Shown: positions 23,272 to 35,990 of the stretch, piece after piece
Layout: every line of letters starts with the position of its first letter
How positions within the stretch are numbered: position 1 is the stretch's first letter
NCBI RefSeq assembly: GCF_963921235.1
Contig: NC_086097.1
Location: 197,472,001-197,536,000 of the forward strand
Direction of reading: 5' to 3'
Origin: Mobula hypostoma
Taxonomy: Eukaryota
DNA length: 64,000 bases
Notes under the pieces: model-generated
Seen by the model: the letters and a program-made list of their open reading frames with translations, nothing else
Databases searched by the model: none
What the model was told of the DNA's origin: nothing
Position numbers and translations under genes: made by a program

Positions 23272-24939
23272 ATTTCCCAATACTGTATTCCATCTGCCAC
23301 TTTTTTTGGTCATTCTTCCAATTTGTCTCAGTCCTGCTGCAGTCGCATTGCTTCCTCAGCACTACCTACCCCATCCACCTATCTATGTGTCATTTGCAGA
23401 CTTTGCCACAAAGCCATCAATTCCATTATCCAAATAATTGACACACAATGTGAAAAGTAGTGGTCCCAATACTGACCCAAAGAACACCACTAGTCACTGG
23501 CAGTCAACCGGAAAAGGCCCCCTTTATTCCCACTTTCTGCCTCCTGCCTGTCAGCCATTCCTCTGACCATGGCAGGTATATCCAAGGCATATCAAATGCC
23601 TTTTGAAAATTGAAGTAAGTGACATCCGCTGCCTCTCCTTTGTTCACCCTTCTTGTTACTTCCTCAAAGAAGTCTAACAGATTTGTCAGGCAAGATTTCC
23701 CTTGACAAGAACCATGCTGTCTGACTTATTTTGTCATTAGTCTCCTAGAACCCTGAAACCTCATCCTTAATAATAGACTCCAACACTTTCCAAACCACTG
23801 AAATTAGGCTAACTGGCCTATAATTTCCCTTCTTAAAGAGTAGAGTGACATTTGCAATTTTCTAGTCCTCTGGAATCATGCCAGAATCAAGTGATTCTTG
23901 AAGGATCATAGCCAATGCATCTGCTATCTCTTCAGTAACCTCTTTCAGAACTCTGGGTTGTAGTCCATCTGGTCTAGGTGACTTATCCACCTTAAGACCT
24001 TTGAGTTTGCCTAGCACTTTTTCTTTGTAATAGCAATGGCACTCAACACCTGCTCCCCGACACTCACGGACTTCTAGTGCTAGTGTCTTCCACAATGAAG
24101 ACTGATACAAAGTACTTATTAAGCCATTTCTCTGTTCCTATTACTGCCTCACCAGCATCATTTTCCAGTGGTTCAATGTCAACTCTCATCTCCCTTTACT
24201 CTTTCTATATAACTTCCTGTCTTTCATTTGGTTTCTCATAAATTTTTTGCCTCTTTTCCAGGGCTGATGCACATTGTATAAGACCTATTTATCTTCTTAA
24301 TATCTTAAAGCCTTAAGTTTCATTGTACTATGTTTCTCATGCAGTGTATTAACTATATTTTCTCACTCAATTATTAGACACATGAAGGCCACAGACATTG
24401 ATCGTACTATATTTTCTGTTGAAAATTTACCCTTAATTACATATCAGATCTAATGAGCCAGATCATGTTGGCCTAGCCCCCTTCAACATTCACCTTCTGC
24501 AGATGTGGTGTAATTTTCTTGTCCTTCCCATTCTCCAGTCTGCTGGTCTGTTCTCAATCATTGCTGGGCCTTTAGCAGTACAGTGTGGCGGCCTTGCCCT
24601 AAACAGCTTTTGATTATCTAATGAAGTGGGGGGGGGGGAGCAGAATCTCGCTGTTTGTAAAAGTGTGTGCCAAGGTAGGTTTGAGAATCATGAAGGTTAA
24701 GTAAGACTTTTTAAAGCATTGTTAATGTAGTTTTAGAAACGAAAGGAATTGGAACTTCATATAATTGAAGTAAAGCTAAAAAGAGTAACTTGCTTTTCCC
24801 TATTAAATGCTGTTTGAAGTGAATCATGCACCAGGCACAATCTAATCATTTGATAGCACATGTACGTTTGTCCAAAGCTTAACTTAAGTACACCACCACA
24901 ATTACTGATATCAACCAACCCAGAATATTACCAGAAAAG

Positions 24940-26200
24940 CATATTCTTCCTAAGAGATTCTAAATATGTTCTTAAACATCCTATCAAGCCATTCAGTTAT
25001 AACAAAAGCACTCTGAGAAACTACAGTAAGAGGAAAACCGGTCAAACCAGCTGGTATCAACTGGGGCATTTGGGTATGATACTGGCAAGGCTGACTCACC
25101 AGAGTGGTGACACAGATTCTGAGAACCTTAACATCAACTCCAGACCAGTAGGTCAAATATAGCTAAAGCAGTTATTTGCTGAAGGTCAAAAGTGATACTG
25201 TACTGAGATTTTGATTACCAGCTTGGCAGCATCAGTTCTAACCAAATTGGGCTCTGATAGAATAACTGGCAGACTGAGTGTGCAACAAGTGATGACTGAA
25301 TCCATATGAGTGATGAACCTATTTAATCTTGTGTTTGCCAGTCAATCTGTTGTTGTTACAAATGGTTCATGACAGTAATGGGAGGGCTGAACAGTGTGCA
25401 ATTATCATGGAGACAGTCCATCTCCACAAAGACTATAGACTATTTCTACTAATTCCCAAAGTTTCTTGTGTGCTGGAACCAAATCTGAGATATAATTAGT
25501 GGCTCAACACTGTGAATAGGAAGTACCATCAGCCACTGCAGAGTTATATCCTACGATAATCTGTATAGTCTGTCTCGCATATCCTTCATCCTTCCTAACG
25601 ACCAAATCAGTGAACCAGCCCTGCTTCCAGGAAGAATGTAGAAAGGTGTGTCAACAATAGCAGCATGAATAAGTCAAAGCAAAGAAATTCCACAGCCATT
25701 GAAGTAAAGGACATTCTTTGATTCTAATCATTGTCAATGTTGGTAGGTGTCCATGACAATGCTATCAAATTGGCAATATCTGTTCACTAATGCTTAGTTT
25801 GGGTTTCACTGACACCACTTGACAGTAGACTTTATTTCAAATCTTTATCTAAACTTGGACAAATTGAAATCTAGTGGTGAGTATGCCTGTCCTCAATTAC
25901 AATGCAGCATTTAACTGAGTGTGATTTGAATAATCTTGGCAGAACAAGGCATGGGATTAGAGGGGAATCTCCCCAGTGAGAGTTTAGCAAAAAAACTCTG
26001 AGTCATACTTTGTGCAAAGAAATTGCTGGAGATTCATCATCTCAGACTACCATATTGTTCCAAGAATTTCCAAGAGTAGTATACTTCGCCTAACCACTTC
26101 CAGCTGCTTTATTACTGAGCCTCCTTCCATTATTACATCAAAAGTGGGAATATTAAATGGTTGCAATAAATTTAAATGCATATGCTGCTGTGTGTAGCAT
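24940..26200 (+). mobile_element. Highly decayed ancient LINE remnant (CR1/L2 group); related minus-strand remnants at about 28800-29400, 43660-44130 and 51740-52690
   Basis: Faint residual similarity to chondrichthyan LINE ORF2, e.g. aaccagccctgcttccaggaagaatgtagaaagg resembling QPWF.EECRR. Recognised by eye only. Confidence 0.35.
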
Positions 26201-26624
26201 CTACAAAAAGCACCATAGCCTCTGACCCAGGGTTTTTCATTTGCACTTCAAAATTTACAGTCTTTGCACCAAGGAGGGCAAGATTAGAAGGTGTAAGGAA
26301 ATACCATTATTTACAGGATTATTTCTTAGTTGTATGTATCCTTATATGGAATGTATTGTAATTCCAGCCCCATTGCTAGATCTAAATTCTGCAACAGCAT
26401 TTTGAAAATACTTTCACCAGAAAGCATACACCTCCTTCAGGGCAACAAAGTATGTGCTGTAAGTGCTGGCCTTGATATGCTCCCAAAATATTAAAAATAG
26501 ATATCAAATTCTCATTTAAAAGAGGCAATGAGATTTAATGCCACTCCCCTTTCAGATACTATGCTCCAGATCTTAAGCCTTTGTTTTTAAAGAAAGGTTC
26601 TCTTTGTATTATTTTAAATGCATA

Positions 26625-27384
26625 TGTAACCCTTAGGCTCGCCCAGTTCATGTTTGTCTAGGGCAGGGGTGGTCAAACTTTTACATTACATGCGTCAATT
26701 TTTTTCACGCACGAGTTCAATATTAACATATTTTTACAAGAATTGAATGGGGGTACAAGAGTTGTATGGCACATCTGAACTCGTGAGTGTAAAATTGGCG
26801 CATGGAATGTAAAAGGTTGGTCACCCCTGGTCTAGAGGAATCAGCCTTCGGCACCGTCAAACTGGGTAATCGCGTTTGTATGGATGCTGTGTAATGTACC
26901 CCCAGTTAGAAACCCACAACACAAAATATCAGACAGTACACCATATGCAATTAAATGATAGACTTTATGAATCTTAATCTGAAAATAGGATTAGTAATGA
27001 AAATAAACAAAACAAAAAAAAGGGGCCCAACTCAAAGTCAAAGTTCCAGTTCGTGCTCACTCAGTAGTGATCCTTTCACCATCGATCTCCTCCGAACGTC
27101 GCCGACCTCCGGACCCTCAGCTCCCAGTCCACTCCATCCAGTGTTCTACCAACTTTCTCCACTCATATCTTCCCTCTTCATCTCTCCTCGACAAAAGACC
27201 GTGAAAACAACATCTTTCCGGATACACAAGACAAAACAACAATCCCCGATTGGCTAATGGTCCTGTTATCTCCAGCAATAACCCAAACATGGCTGCTACA
27301 GAGAAACTGCTACCTCAACAGTGAACATTACAAAGAATCGATTACATTAGCATTAGCAGTGAACATTGCAAAGAAGTCATTACA
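26625..27384. mobile_element. Solo LTR related to 10495-11183, carrying a nested MITE
   Basis: TGTAA...TTACA termini and TSD cata/catg. Shares cagccttcggc..aaactgggtaat...ggatgctgtgt and cagacagtacaccatat with the first LTR. Confidence 0.8.
26664..26829. mobile_element. 166-bp hAT MITE with about 55-bp imperfect TIRs
   Basis: caggggtggtcaaacttttacatt... and ...aatgtaaaaggttggtcacccctg, with 8-bp TSD gtctaggg/gtctagag. Confidence 0.88.
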
Positions 27385-27467
27385 CATGATTTATGGTATT
27401 CAAATCATTTATTTAAGGTTTGAATTTTTTCTTATTTGTTCTTTTTTAAAAGAAGCTTAGACAATTT

Positions 27468-28353
27468 ATACTTCATACTTTATTGTTGCCAAACAATTGA
27501 TACTAGAACATACAATCATCACAGCAATATTTGATTCTGCGCTTCCCGCTCCCTGGATTACAAATTGGTAGTAAATATTAAAAATTTAAATTATAAATCA
27601 TAAATAGAAAATAGAAAAATGGAAAGTAAGGTAGTGCAAAAAAACTGAGAGGCAGGTCCGGATATTTGGAGGGTACGGCCCAGATCCGGGTCAGGATCCG
27701 TTCAGCAGTCTTATCACAGTTGGAAAGAAGCTGTCCCAAATCTGGCCGAACGAGTCTTCAAGTTCCTGAGCCTTCTCCCGTAGGGAAGGGGGACGCAAAT
27801 TGTGTTGGCTGGGTGCGTCGTGTCCTTGATTATCCTGGCAGCACTGCTCCGACAGCGTGCGGTGTAAAGTGAGTCCAAGGACGGAAGATTGGTTTGTGTG
27901 ATGTGCTGTGCCGTATTCACGATCTTCTGCAGCTTCTTCCGGTCTTGGACAGGACAACTTCCATACCAGGTTGTGATGCACCCTAGAAGAATGCTTTCTA
28001 CGGTGCATCTATAAAAATCAGTGAGGGTTTTAGGGGACAGGCCAAATTTCTTTAGTTTTCTCAGGAAGTAAAGGCGCTGGTGGGCCTTCTTGGCAGTGGA
28101 CTCTGCTTGGTTAGACCAAGTTAGGTCATTTGTGATATTGAGTTCGAGGAACTTAAAGCTTTTGACTTGCTCCACTTGCGTACCACCGATGTAAATTGGG
28201 TCGTGCGGTCCGCTACTCCTTCTGAAGTCAGCAACCAATTCCTTTGTCTTGCTGATGTTGAGGGATAGGTCATTGTCTTTGCACCATGCCACCCGGTTCT
28301 TAATTTCCTCTCTGTACTCAAACTCATCATTACCCGAGATATGGCCTACAATT
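27468..28353 (-). mobile_element. 5'-truncated Rex1/Babar LINE
   Basis: ORF 27714-28292 (WCKDNDLSLNISKTKEL...RLYFLRKL). Closely similar to 38940-39812. Flanked by acaattt on both sides. Confidence 0.9.
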
Positions 28354-29649
28354 TTAAATGACTCTAACTTTCTCTGCTATATAGTTGTAAAATTTTGAAA
28401 TACTCCTGTCTTTTTCTTGATATTACTGTTCCTAAACCTTCTCTGTACTTTTGGGGTTTTAGCATTTTGCTGAAAATTGATCAGAATTGTACACTTCAGT
28501 TCAGATGAAATCAAATTGATTTTTCAAGGTTTGGCACAACAGCTTTGTATTTGAATTCAATGGACCCATTCACAAAGCCAGCTATTCCAGACATGTTAAA
28601 CTGGCTTTTAAATTTGCTCCACTTTCAAAAATAGGTATTACTCTCCTGCATATTTTTGTAATTCCCTCAGAAAAGTATACTTTACAATATATATCTACAT
28701 AATTTGTGCCGAAGTGCAGAGCTTCGTACTGAAGTAGATTGCATCTGCCAACTGTTTGCACATTTACATGTACTGTAGCCTGAAGCTTACTCTTTACCAA
28801 ACTATAAGGTTTGCACCATCCATAAACTATTACCACCTGTCCTTGTTTCTCGAGCATGCATGCATAATTGGAAAAGCAATGGCTCTGTTAGAAAAACAGC
28901 CATTTGCTTTCCATCGTCATCTCCATCACATTCCATGTGGAGCTCATAGTGTCTGGATTTTGTTGAGGCAAGGGCAACAGTATACCTAAAGAATGAATTC
29001 AATAATATTTTCTGTTAAGACAGGCATGGCAGGGAAGGCGAGATGTTTTCTATAGCGTGTTGAAGTTTGATTCATTGTTCTTGAAATGGAGTTCGATATT
29101 CAATGTGTCGAAGCTGATGAAAGCTATTTTCATCCATTGCAACCACATCTGCTGTCATGGGCAGATGCATCTGTGACAGGTCATTTGCTGAGGATAAGTT
29201 CAAGTAATTGGCAACAGGACAGCTGTTTTTGGAACTCTTGCCAGCTTGATCAGTGATGGTACTACAATGCCGTTATTAGTTATGTGCATTGATGATTCCT
29301 CCCTAGTGTGCTCTGTTTGTGATTTTCTTAGAGCTTCTTTTATAAAAACTGAGGTTGCATTTTGGTTAGCAGGAAGATTTTTAAAAAAAAATTGGCTGTG
29401 TTTAACCTGGTGCCATTGGCCCATTTTTACAGTTTAAAAACAAATTGTCAGATCAGCTTATGATTTGCTTTATTGAATCTGATGCTTTGAATGATGAGCA
29501 TTTAGTATGCCCAGTTTTATATATTTTTTTCTTGTTTTCACTTGATTTCAATACCTGTGAATAGCTTGGATGGCTATTGCAGAGGGCAATGAAAGATAAG
29601 TAACACTGTTGTGGGTCAATATTGGTTAATATTGGTTTAATATTAACAG

Positions 29650-30970
29650 TCATACAGTAATACAGTGTGGTAACAGCCCTCTGACTGCTGCATCCTCTCT
29701 GTGAGTTCCAATTGCCTGTTTTCGGCTCATAACCCTCTGAGGCCCTCCTCAACATGTACATGTTGGTATGTTGTAATTGTTCTGCCTTAACCACATCCAC
29801 TGACAGCTCATTCCAGGTACTCTCCGCTCTCTGTGTAAAGAAGTTGCCTCTCATGTAAGTTTTAAAACTGTCCCTTCTTATATCTGTGCTATCTAGTTTT
29901 GGATTCCCCAACCTTGGAGAAAAGAGTGACTGTCCTTCTTATCTCTATCCCTCATGGTTTTATAAACTTCTGTAAGTTTACCTTTCATTCTTCTATGCTC
30001 CAAAGAATAAAGATCCAGTGTGGCTAACCTCTCCCTAAAGCATAGACTCTCTAGTCCAGGCAGCATCGGCACAAATTTCTCCCATGCCCTTTCCAGGTTG
30101 ACAATGTTTTCCTGGAAGTGTGTGACCGAAACTCTACACAATACTTGAAATGTGGCCTCACCAATGATTTGTATGATTGCAACATAACTCTACTCCTAAT
30201 CTTGATGCCCTGACTGATAAAGGCTAACATGCCAAACGCCTTCCCACTACTTAATAGCGTGGCTTCTTTTGGCAAATTGTGCACTTGTACTCCCAGGTCC
30301 TTCTGTTCCTCAATATCGCTGACAAATATCCTACTCAGTTTTGAATGCCCAGATATGTCATCTCACAGTTAGCCAAGTTGGAATCCATTTACTAGTCCTC
30401 AGCCCATTTCCCTAATTGCTCAAGATCTCTCTGCAATTCATACTAAATTGCTTCATTATCAACCCCCTTAATATAGTATTGTCAGCAAACTTGCTAATAA
30501 TTGCTTTCAATTGATTCATATCTAAATCACTTACATATATGAAGAATGACAGAAGTTTCAACGCTGACTCCTGGGGCACCCTACTAGTTACGTGTCTTCA
30601 GTTGGAGAATTGACCTTCAATCATCACCCTCTGCTTCCTCTCATTGAACCAATTCAGAATACATCTCACTTGCTCCCCCTGATTCTTGTGCATCTATTTC
30701 AGATCAGCCTGCCATGCAGAATCTTGTCAAAGCTCTTACTAATGTCCATGCAGACACTATCCACTGTCTTAACTTAATCTGTCCCCTTAGGATCCTCTTG
30801 GAAAAGCTCCAGAGCTTCATCAGATATGATCTCTCATGCACAAAACCATGTTGACCATTTCTCATCAAGCCTTGACTATCTGATGGTAGATCTTGTCCCT
30901 CAGAGTTCCTTCCAGTAACTTCTTTATAATTAAAGTCAGGCTCATCTGTCTCTATTTCCCTGCCTGTTCT
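29650..30970 (-). mobile_element. Old decayed CR1 LINE
   Basis: ORF scraps with YKSLVRPHFKYC, LYSLEHRRM, NFFTQR...WNEL and QHGFV. Confidence 0.7.
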
Positions 30971-30977
30971 CACTATA

Positions 30978-32040
30978 CTTCAAGATTCAAGATTGTTTAA
31001 TGTCATTTCCAGTACACAAGTGTAAAGGAGAATGAAATAGTTATTCTGGATCTGATGCAACATAAAAGAAAACACAATAAGATAAATAACACAATAATAA
31101 AAACATGATAATTATAAATAAGATAGCTTACAGTATATACATTGATTTTATGTCTATACAGTGACTATAGGCACCAGGAGTGTCAGTAAATACCTCTCAG
31201 GAGACTCCAACAGGAAATGATAAAGTTGTGGTGATGGGGAAGTGTGGAGGGTTGGGTTAGTTGGCAGAGGTGTTGATCAGCCTTAAGGCTTGGGACAGTA
31301 ACTGTTTTTGGAGTCTGATGCTCCTGCTGTGAATGCAGTGTAGCCTCCTCCCTGACTGGAATGGATCAAACAGTCCATGAGCAGGGTGGGTTGGGTCCTC
31401 CATGGTGTTACTAGCCCTTCCTAGTACTTTCTGTATATATGTTCTGGTTGATAGGTAGGCTGGTGCCTGTAATATGTTGGGCAGTTTTGACCACCCATTG
31501 TAGAGCCTTCCTGTCTGCTGTAGTGCTGTTCTCATACAATGCAGTGATATATACTGTGAACCTGTAGACGGAAATGAGTTTTGATGTGCAGCTCTCTCCA
31601 GCCTTCTCAGAAAGTAAGGGAAATGGGGAGCTTTTTTGGTTGTGTAGGGTGTGTACTGGGATCAGAGGTTGTGTGAGAGGTGCACTCCCAGGGGTTTGAA
31701 ACTGTTCACAATTTCTACTGTGATGTAAAGACGGTTGTGGGTGATACCAGTTCTCCTGAAGTTGATAACCACCTCCTTTTTCTTGTTGACCTTGAAGAGG
31801 TTATTTGCCTGGCACCAGGCCTTAAGCTCTTCACGCTCCTCTCTGTAGGCTGCCTCATCATTGTTGGTGATGAGCCCCACCACTATCATGTCATTGGCAA
31901 AAATGACAATGTGATTACTTGGGTGTTTGGCCGTGCAGTCATGTGTAGGCAGAGTGTACAGCAATGGGCATAGCACACAGCCTGAGGGGGCACTAGTGTT
32001 GCGTATGGTGGGGAGGGAGGAGTGTTTGTACATCTTAACG
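30978..32040 (-). mobile_element. Decayed Rex1-type LINE, interrupted at 32041 by a hAT element
   Basis: ORF 31662-32090 (GCVLCPLLYTLPTHDC...FAND) and a caagatt-repeat tail at about 30980. Confidence 0.8.
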
Positions 32041-33238
32041 CAGCGGTTCCCAAACACCGGGCCGCGGACTGGTACCGGGCCGCAAAGCATGTGCTACCGG
32101 GCTGCGAGGAAACCTTTCCTCATTCCCTGTCATGCCCACTGTTGAGCTTGAACGCATGTGAGGTCATTACCCGCGCGTCATCCATGTCAGCACGGGAAGG
32201 AGATCAACTCCTCAAGTTTGCAAATGACGGCGGGAATTTGAAGAACACATCTCTGCCGGAATTCTTCATCAAAGTCAAGGCTAAATATCCTGAGATAGCC
32301 ACGAAAGCGCTGCAAACGTTGCTTCCATTTCCAACATATCTCTGCAATGAATGCAACGAAAACTAGATTGCGGAATAGACTGGACATAAGGAACTCCCTT
32401 TGAGTATTGCTGTCTCCCATCACCCCTCGATGGGACCGTCTCGTTGCAGGGAAACAAGCCCAGGGCTCCCACTGATTCAGCAATATTGGTATGTTGCAAT
32501 GATTTTATATGTTCATACGGGGAAAATATGCGCTGTGTGTTTAATATCCAAACGTTACTTAAAATGTTATGATGCTATTAACTTACTTATATAATCATAT
32601 AACAATTACAGCACGGAAACAGGCCGTCTCGGCCCTTCTAGTCCGTGCCGAACGCTTCTTTCACCTTGTCCCACCGACCTGCACTCAGCCCATAACCCTC
32701 CATTCCTTTCCTGTCCATATACCTATCCAATTTTTCTTTAAATCATAATATCGAACCGGCCTCTACCGCTTCTACTGGAAGTTCGTTCAACACTAACTTC
32801 AAGCTCCCCTGCCCTTCCCCGATAATTGACTTATCACTATATTCATGTGACGAAAATATGCACTGTGTGTTTAATATTAAATTCGTTAGATAAACCCTTT
32901 TAGAAACAAAATTGAGTGTATTAGCCACTTATTACCTATATTCCGGTCGTGATTAACATGCCCCCCCACCTGAACGGAATGGCCTAAAGCGATTTGTAGA
33001 AAAAAATCGGCGCGTACATGCATGTGCAAGTCACGCATGTGCATACAGGTACCCGCGCAAGGCTTCTTGGTCATGGTAGTCTTTCTCGCAGTAAACACAA
33101 CGTACTTGACTGCTACTCTTGTCCGTTAGCAACCCTACCCCCCCCCCCCCCCCCCCCCCCCGGCCCGGGTTGGCCGCTCTGCAAGAATATTGACAATAGT
33201 AAACCAATCCGCAGTGCAAAAATGGTTGGGGACCCCTG
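32041..33238 (+). mobile_element. Internally deleted hAT (Charlie/Buster-type) element with a hATC transposase remnant and an embedded CR1 3' end (about 32590-32795)
   Basis: TIRs cagcggttcccaaac and gttggggacccctg, with TSD tcttaacg/tcctaact. The remnant reads SLPEFFIKVKAKYPEIATKALQTLLPFPTYLC. Confidence 0.88.
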
Positions 33239-33469
33239 TCCTAACTGAATAATGGAGCAACATTAGTCAACATTAGTCTTCTGAAACTTGGCCAGAAGGT
33301 CTTTCTGGAAGGCTATTGGTGAACCAGATAACAATCTAATAGTTTCATAAAAGCTCTTACTTAAAAAAGTGGATTCTATATTTAATATCTATGCTAGGAA
33401 ATGAACGTGATTCTTAATAGCTTTGGCTGTTAGAATCTATTTATTTCTCACAAAATAATATGGAGAAAT

Positions 33470-34745
33470 GTGAAATCATGTATGAGGACACCCTGGTTTT
33501 CAATTTTCCCACCATTTTAGGATGAATAGAAAAGTGTGTTGTCCTTGTGCATGATTTGCCAAAAGACTTGTATACAAGTGCAACAAGAAATTGGGAAAGT
33601 TAACAATGCTATATGTTATTGCTAAGGAAATTCAATACAAAAATAGAGGTGAAGGGTTGTGCTTCAGCTATGTTGGTTTTCAGTAAGACCACATATAAAA
33701 TACTAGGTAAACCTTTACTTCCCTTATTTAGGATGATGTAAATGTGTCAGAAGGAAATAAGGTTTACGATACAAATACCTGGAATGCTTCATCTGTGTTG
33801 ATCAAGAAGTAGTGGTCACTGTCTTCAAATGGATTGCTGGTGATTTTTATTTTCTTAGGCTATTGGTGTTGGACCATACAGATTTTGAGCATTAAAGAGT
33901 TTGATGGATTCTCACTAAACAAGGTGAGGGGTTTTAGTAAATTGGTGTTGCAGTCTGATACTCAATTCTAAGAAGCCAAGTGGTCTACGCCGACATATAA
34001 TTGGTATACACATATTATTTAGTAAGGAGAGGTTACAACAGGATCCATGTACATAAAACATAGAAAGGTTAGCAAGTAATTTAGAAGGCAAATGGAATAT
34101 TCCACATTTCAAGACAGTTAAATGTAGAAATAGACAAGTCTTGTTGCTATTGTACAGGACTTTTGTGAGATTATGCCTTAAATGCTTCATATAGGTTTTG
34201 GCCTTACTTAGGGAGGACTTTTATGTGTTCACCAGTTTGAAACCAGGGACGAAGGAAGTTTTATTTATACCTAATGGGTTTTACAAGAATGAGTGGTGAT
34301 CACCCTGAAAAACATTTTTTAAAGAGGTTTGTGGAATATCGAGCAGATACAAAACAAACTGATGGTGGAAATTAGTTGCTCAAGCAGCTCTGTGGCTAGT
34401 GGGAAGGAATTGTTGACACTTCAGGGTTGAGACCTGACATTACCCTGGTGAGAGGATGTTTCGCTTGTAGGGAAATCTGGAACTGGAATGTATGCATTTC
34501 AAAATAAGGATTGAACATTTTGGGTGGAGGTGAGTTGGGTTTTTTCCCCCTGGAGATTTGTAGAATCCTTAACCCCAGGGTGGGAAAATCATCTTCAATC
34601 TCAACCTTGAATATATCAATATTTTTGGAAGCCAAGCTGATAGGATTTGAAGGTAAAGTGGAATTGAGACAATGTAATAGGAGAAGTATTGATATAACTA
34701 AATAACAGAATAGTCTTCTGAGACCAGTTGCTGCTCCTATTTCAT
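33470..34745 (+). mobile_element. Very decayed CR1 remnants with a small Penelope terminal piece (about 34345-34440)
   Basis: Residual CR1 3' motifs (tgtacaggacttttgtgag, ggatgtttcgcttgtagggaaatc, tgctcctatttc). Confidence 0.45.
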
Positions 34746-34834
34746 GAGACCTTTTAAAGTCCAAAATGAACTGAGGTGCTTGCACTTTTTGGGTCTGTTG
34801 TGGCACAGTTTCTTTCCATGTTCTGCCATTAAAC

Positions 34835-34959
34835 CTATTGAATTGTTCACTATATCTGTGTGATGTGAAAATACAATGGACTGCCGAAGAATCAACAGAC
34901 AGGTGTTCTGAAGGGTAAGTATGAATCTGGGAGTCTGTCCATTTGGAGGCCACTGCAGC
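34835..34959 (-). CDS. Weaker candidate upstream exon of the same putative antisense gene (125 nt, phase 0 to 2)
   Basis: Minus strand reads ttgttaacagaacag|GCTGCAGTG...AATAG|gtttaa and encodes AAVASKWTDSQIHTYPSEHLSVDSSAVHCIFTSHRYSEQFN. It is phase-compatible with the 19724 acceptor, but both splice sites are mediocre. Confidence 0.2.
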
Positions 34960-35499
34960 CTGTTCTGTTAACAACATTCAACAAGTGTTTAAGGTGATTA
35001 AAAAATGGTAGAATCCCACCAATGTGCTAGTTGCTGGCTGTAATAACAAGGAAGTGGACAAATGCCAGTTTTTGTAGCAGATGTGATGACATGTATGAAT
35101 TAAATAATTTTCACTGCAAGCAAGGTGTTTCTATTTTATATTCTGAAGCTGCCAGAACTCACTATCCATTCTAGATTTTGAGTGGGCAGAACGAAAATAA
35201 TAGGGATATTTTCCCCTTGCAAAATCTTTACTTCTATATATTGTAAAGTTTAGCCTGAATATTAGTGTAGTTTCAGAAAAGTTACATACATAACTTTCTG
35301 AATTTAAGATGTTGAATACACAGTTGTTTTCTTGATCTTGTAAAAATAAACTTTAATATGGTTAGCAGATAGAGCTTTAGGGAACCATCAGCTTTAAATT
35401 TGGCCATCCCTTATAAAAAGATTGTCTGCTTACATCATGTTTACTGTGTTGGTGGTTTTCAGCTCCTTTCACATCTGCAATGGCATCATAGAATACTTC

Positions 35500-35990
35500 A
35501 AAAACTTAAAGAAATGCAGATGCTGGAAATATGAAATAAAAAGCAATGAACAATAATCCACAGATCAGGCAGTATCTGTGGTGAGAGAAAGAAAGTTAAC
35601 ATTTCATGTTGATGATCTTGTTCAGAAAGGGAGACAAGTTTAAAAATCATGTTAAATTGAAGGTAATGGGTGTGGGGAGCTGGGAGTTGGGGTAGGGGGA
35701 AGGTGTCAGTTGGCAAAACTGGAGAGGGATTTTGGGTGGGATAATGGGGTTGTGAGAAAGAAACAAATGGAAGTTGTTAGAAGATTGAAAGTTAGAATAG
35801 ATTGATTCAAGTGGTAGTCAATCTGGCTGAAGAAGGAAGGTAAAGGTACAGCTGGATGAAATATGTAATAACAGAAAAGGAAAGAGAAGAAAAAGAAATG
35901 AAGGTCACGAGACTGGAATGGGTGATTGTCTACAGTTGTTGAATTTGGTTTGATGAAGAGTATTGTGTTCTGGCTCCAACCTTGCTTTGA
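35500..35990 (-). mobile_element. Decayed Penelope-like terminal fragment
   Basis: tgcagatgctggaaat...tcaggcagtatctgtgg followed by a purine-rich tract, as in the other Penelope copies. Confidence 0.5.

Larger units (their letters stand above)
20066..24210 (-). mobile_element. Older CR1 LINE broken into three pieces (about 20066-20765, 22700-22790, 23272-24210) by two younger CR1 insertions
   Basis: ORF pieces 20258-20479, 20527-about 20765 and 23862-24110 are collinear once the inserts are removed. Confidence 0.8.

Noticed and set aside
25100..25162. Minus-strand 63-nt exon candidate with a CTG|gtgagt donor
   Set aside because: It lies within what appears to be an ancient LINE remnant, and its phase 0-0 does not fit the neighbouring candidates.
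34396..34977. 193-aa minus-strand ORF as a single-exon gene
   Set aside because: The C-terminal half is the antisense of decayed CR1/Penelope sequence. Only the N-terminal part is kept, as a weak exon candidate.
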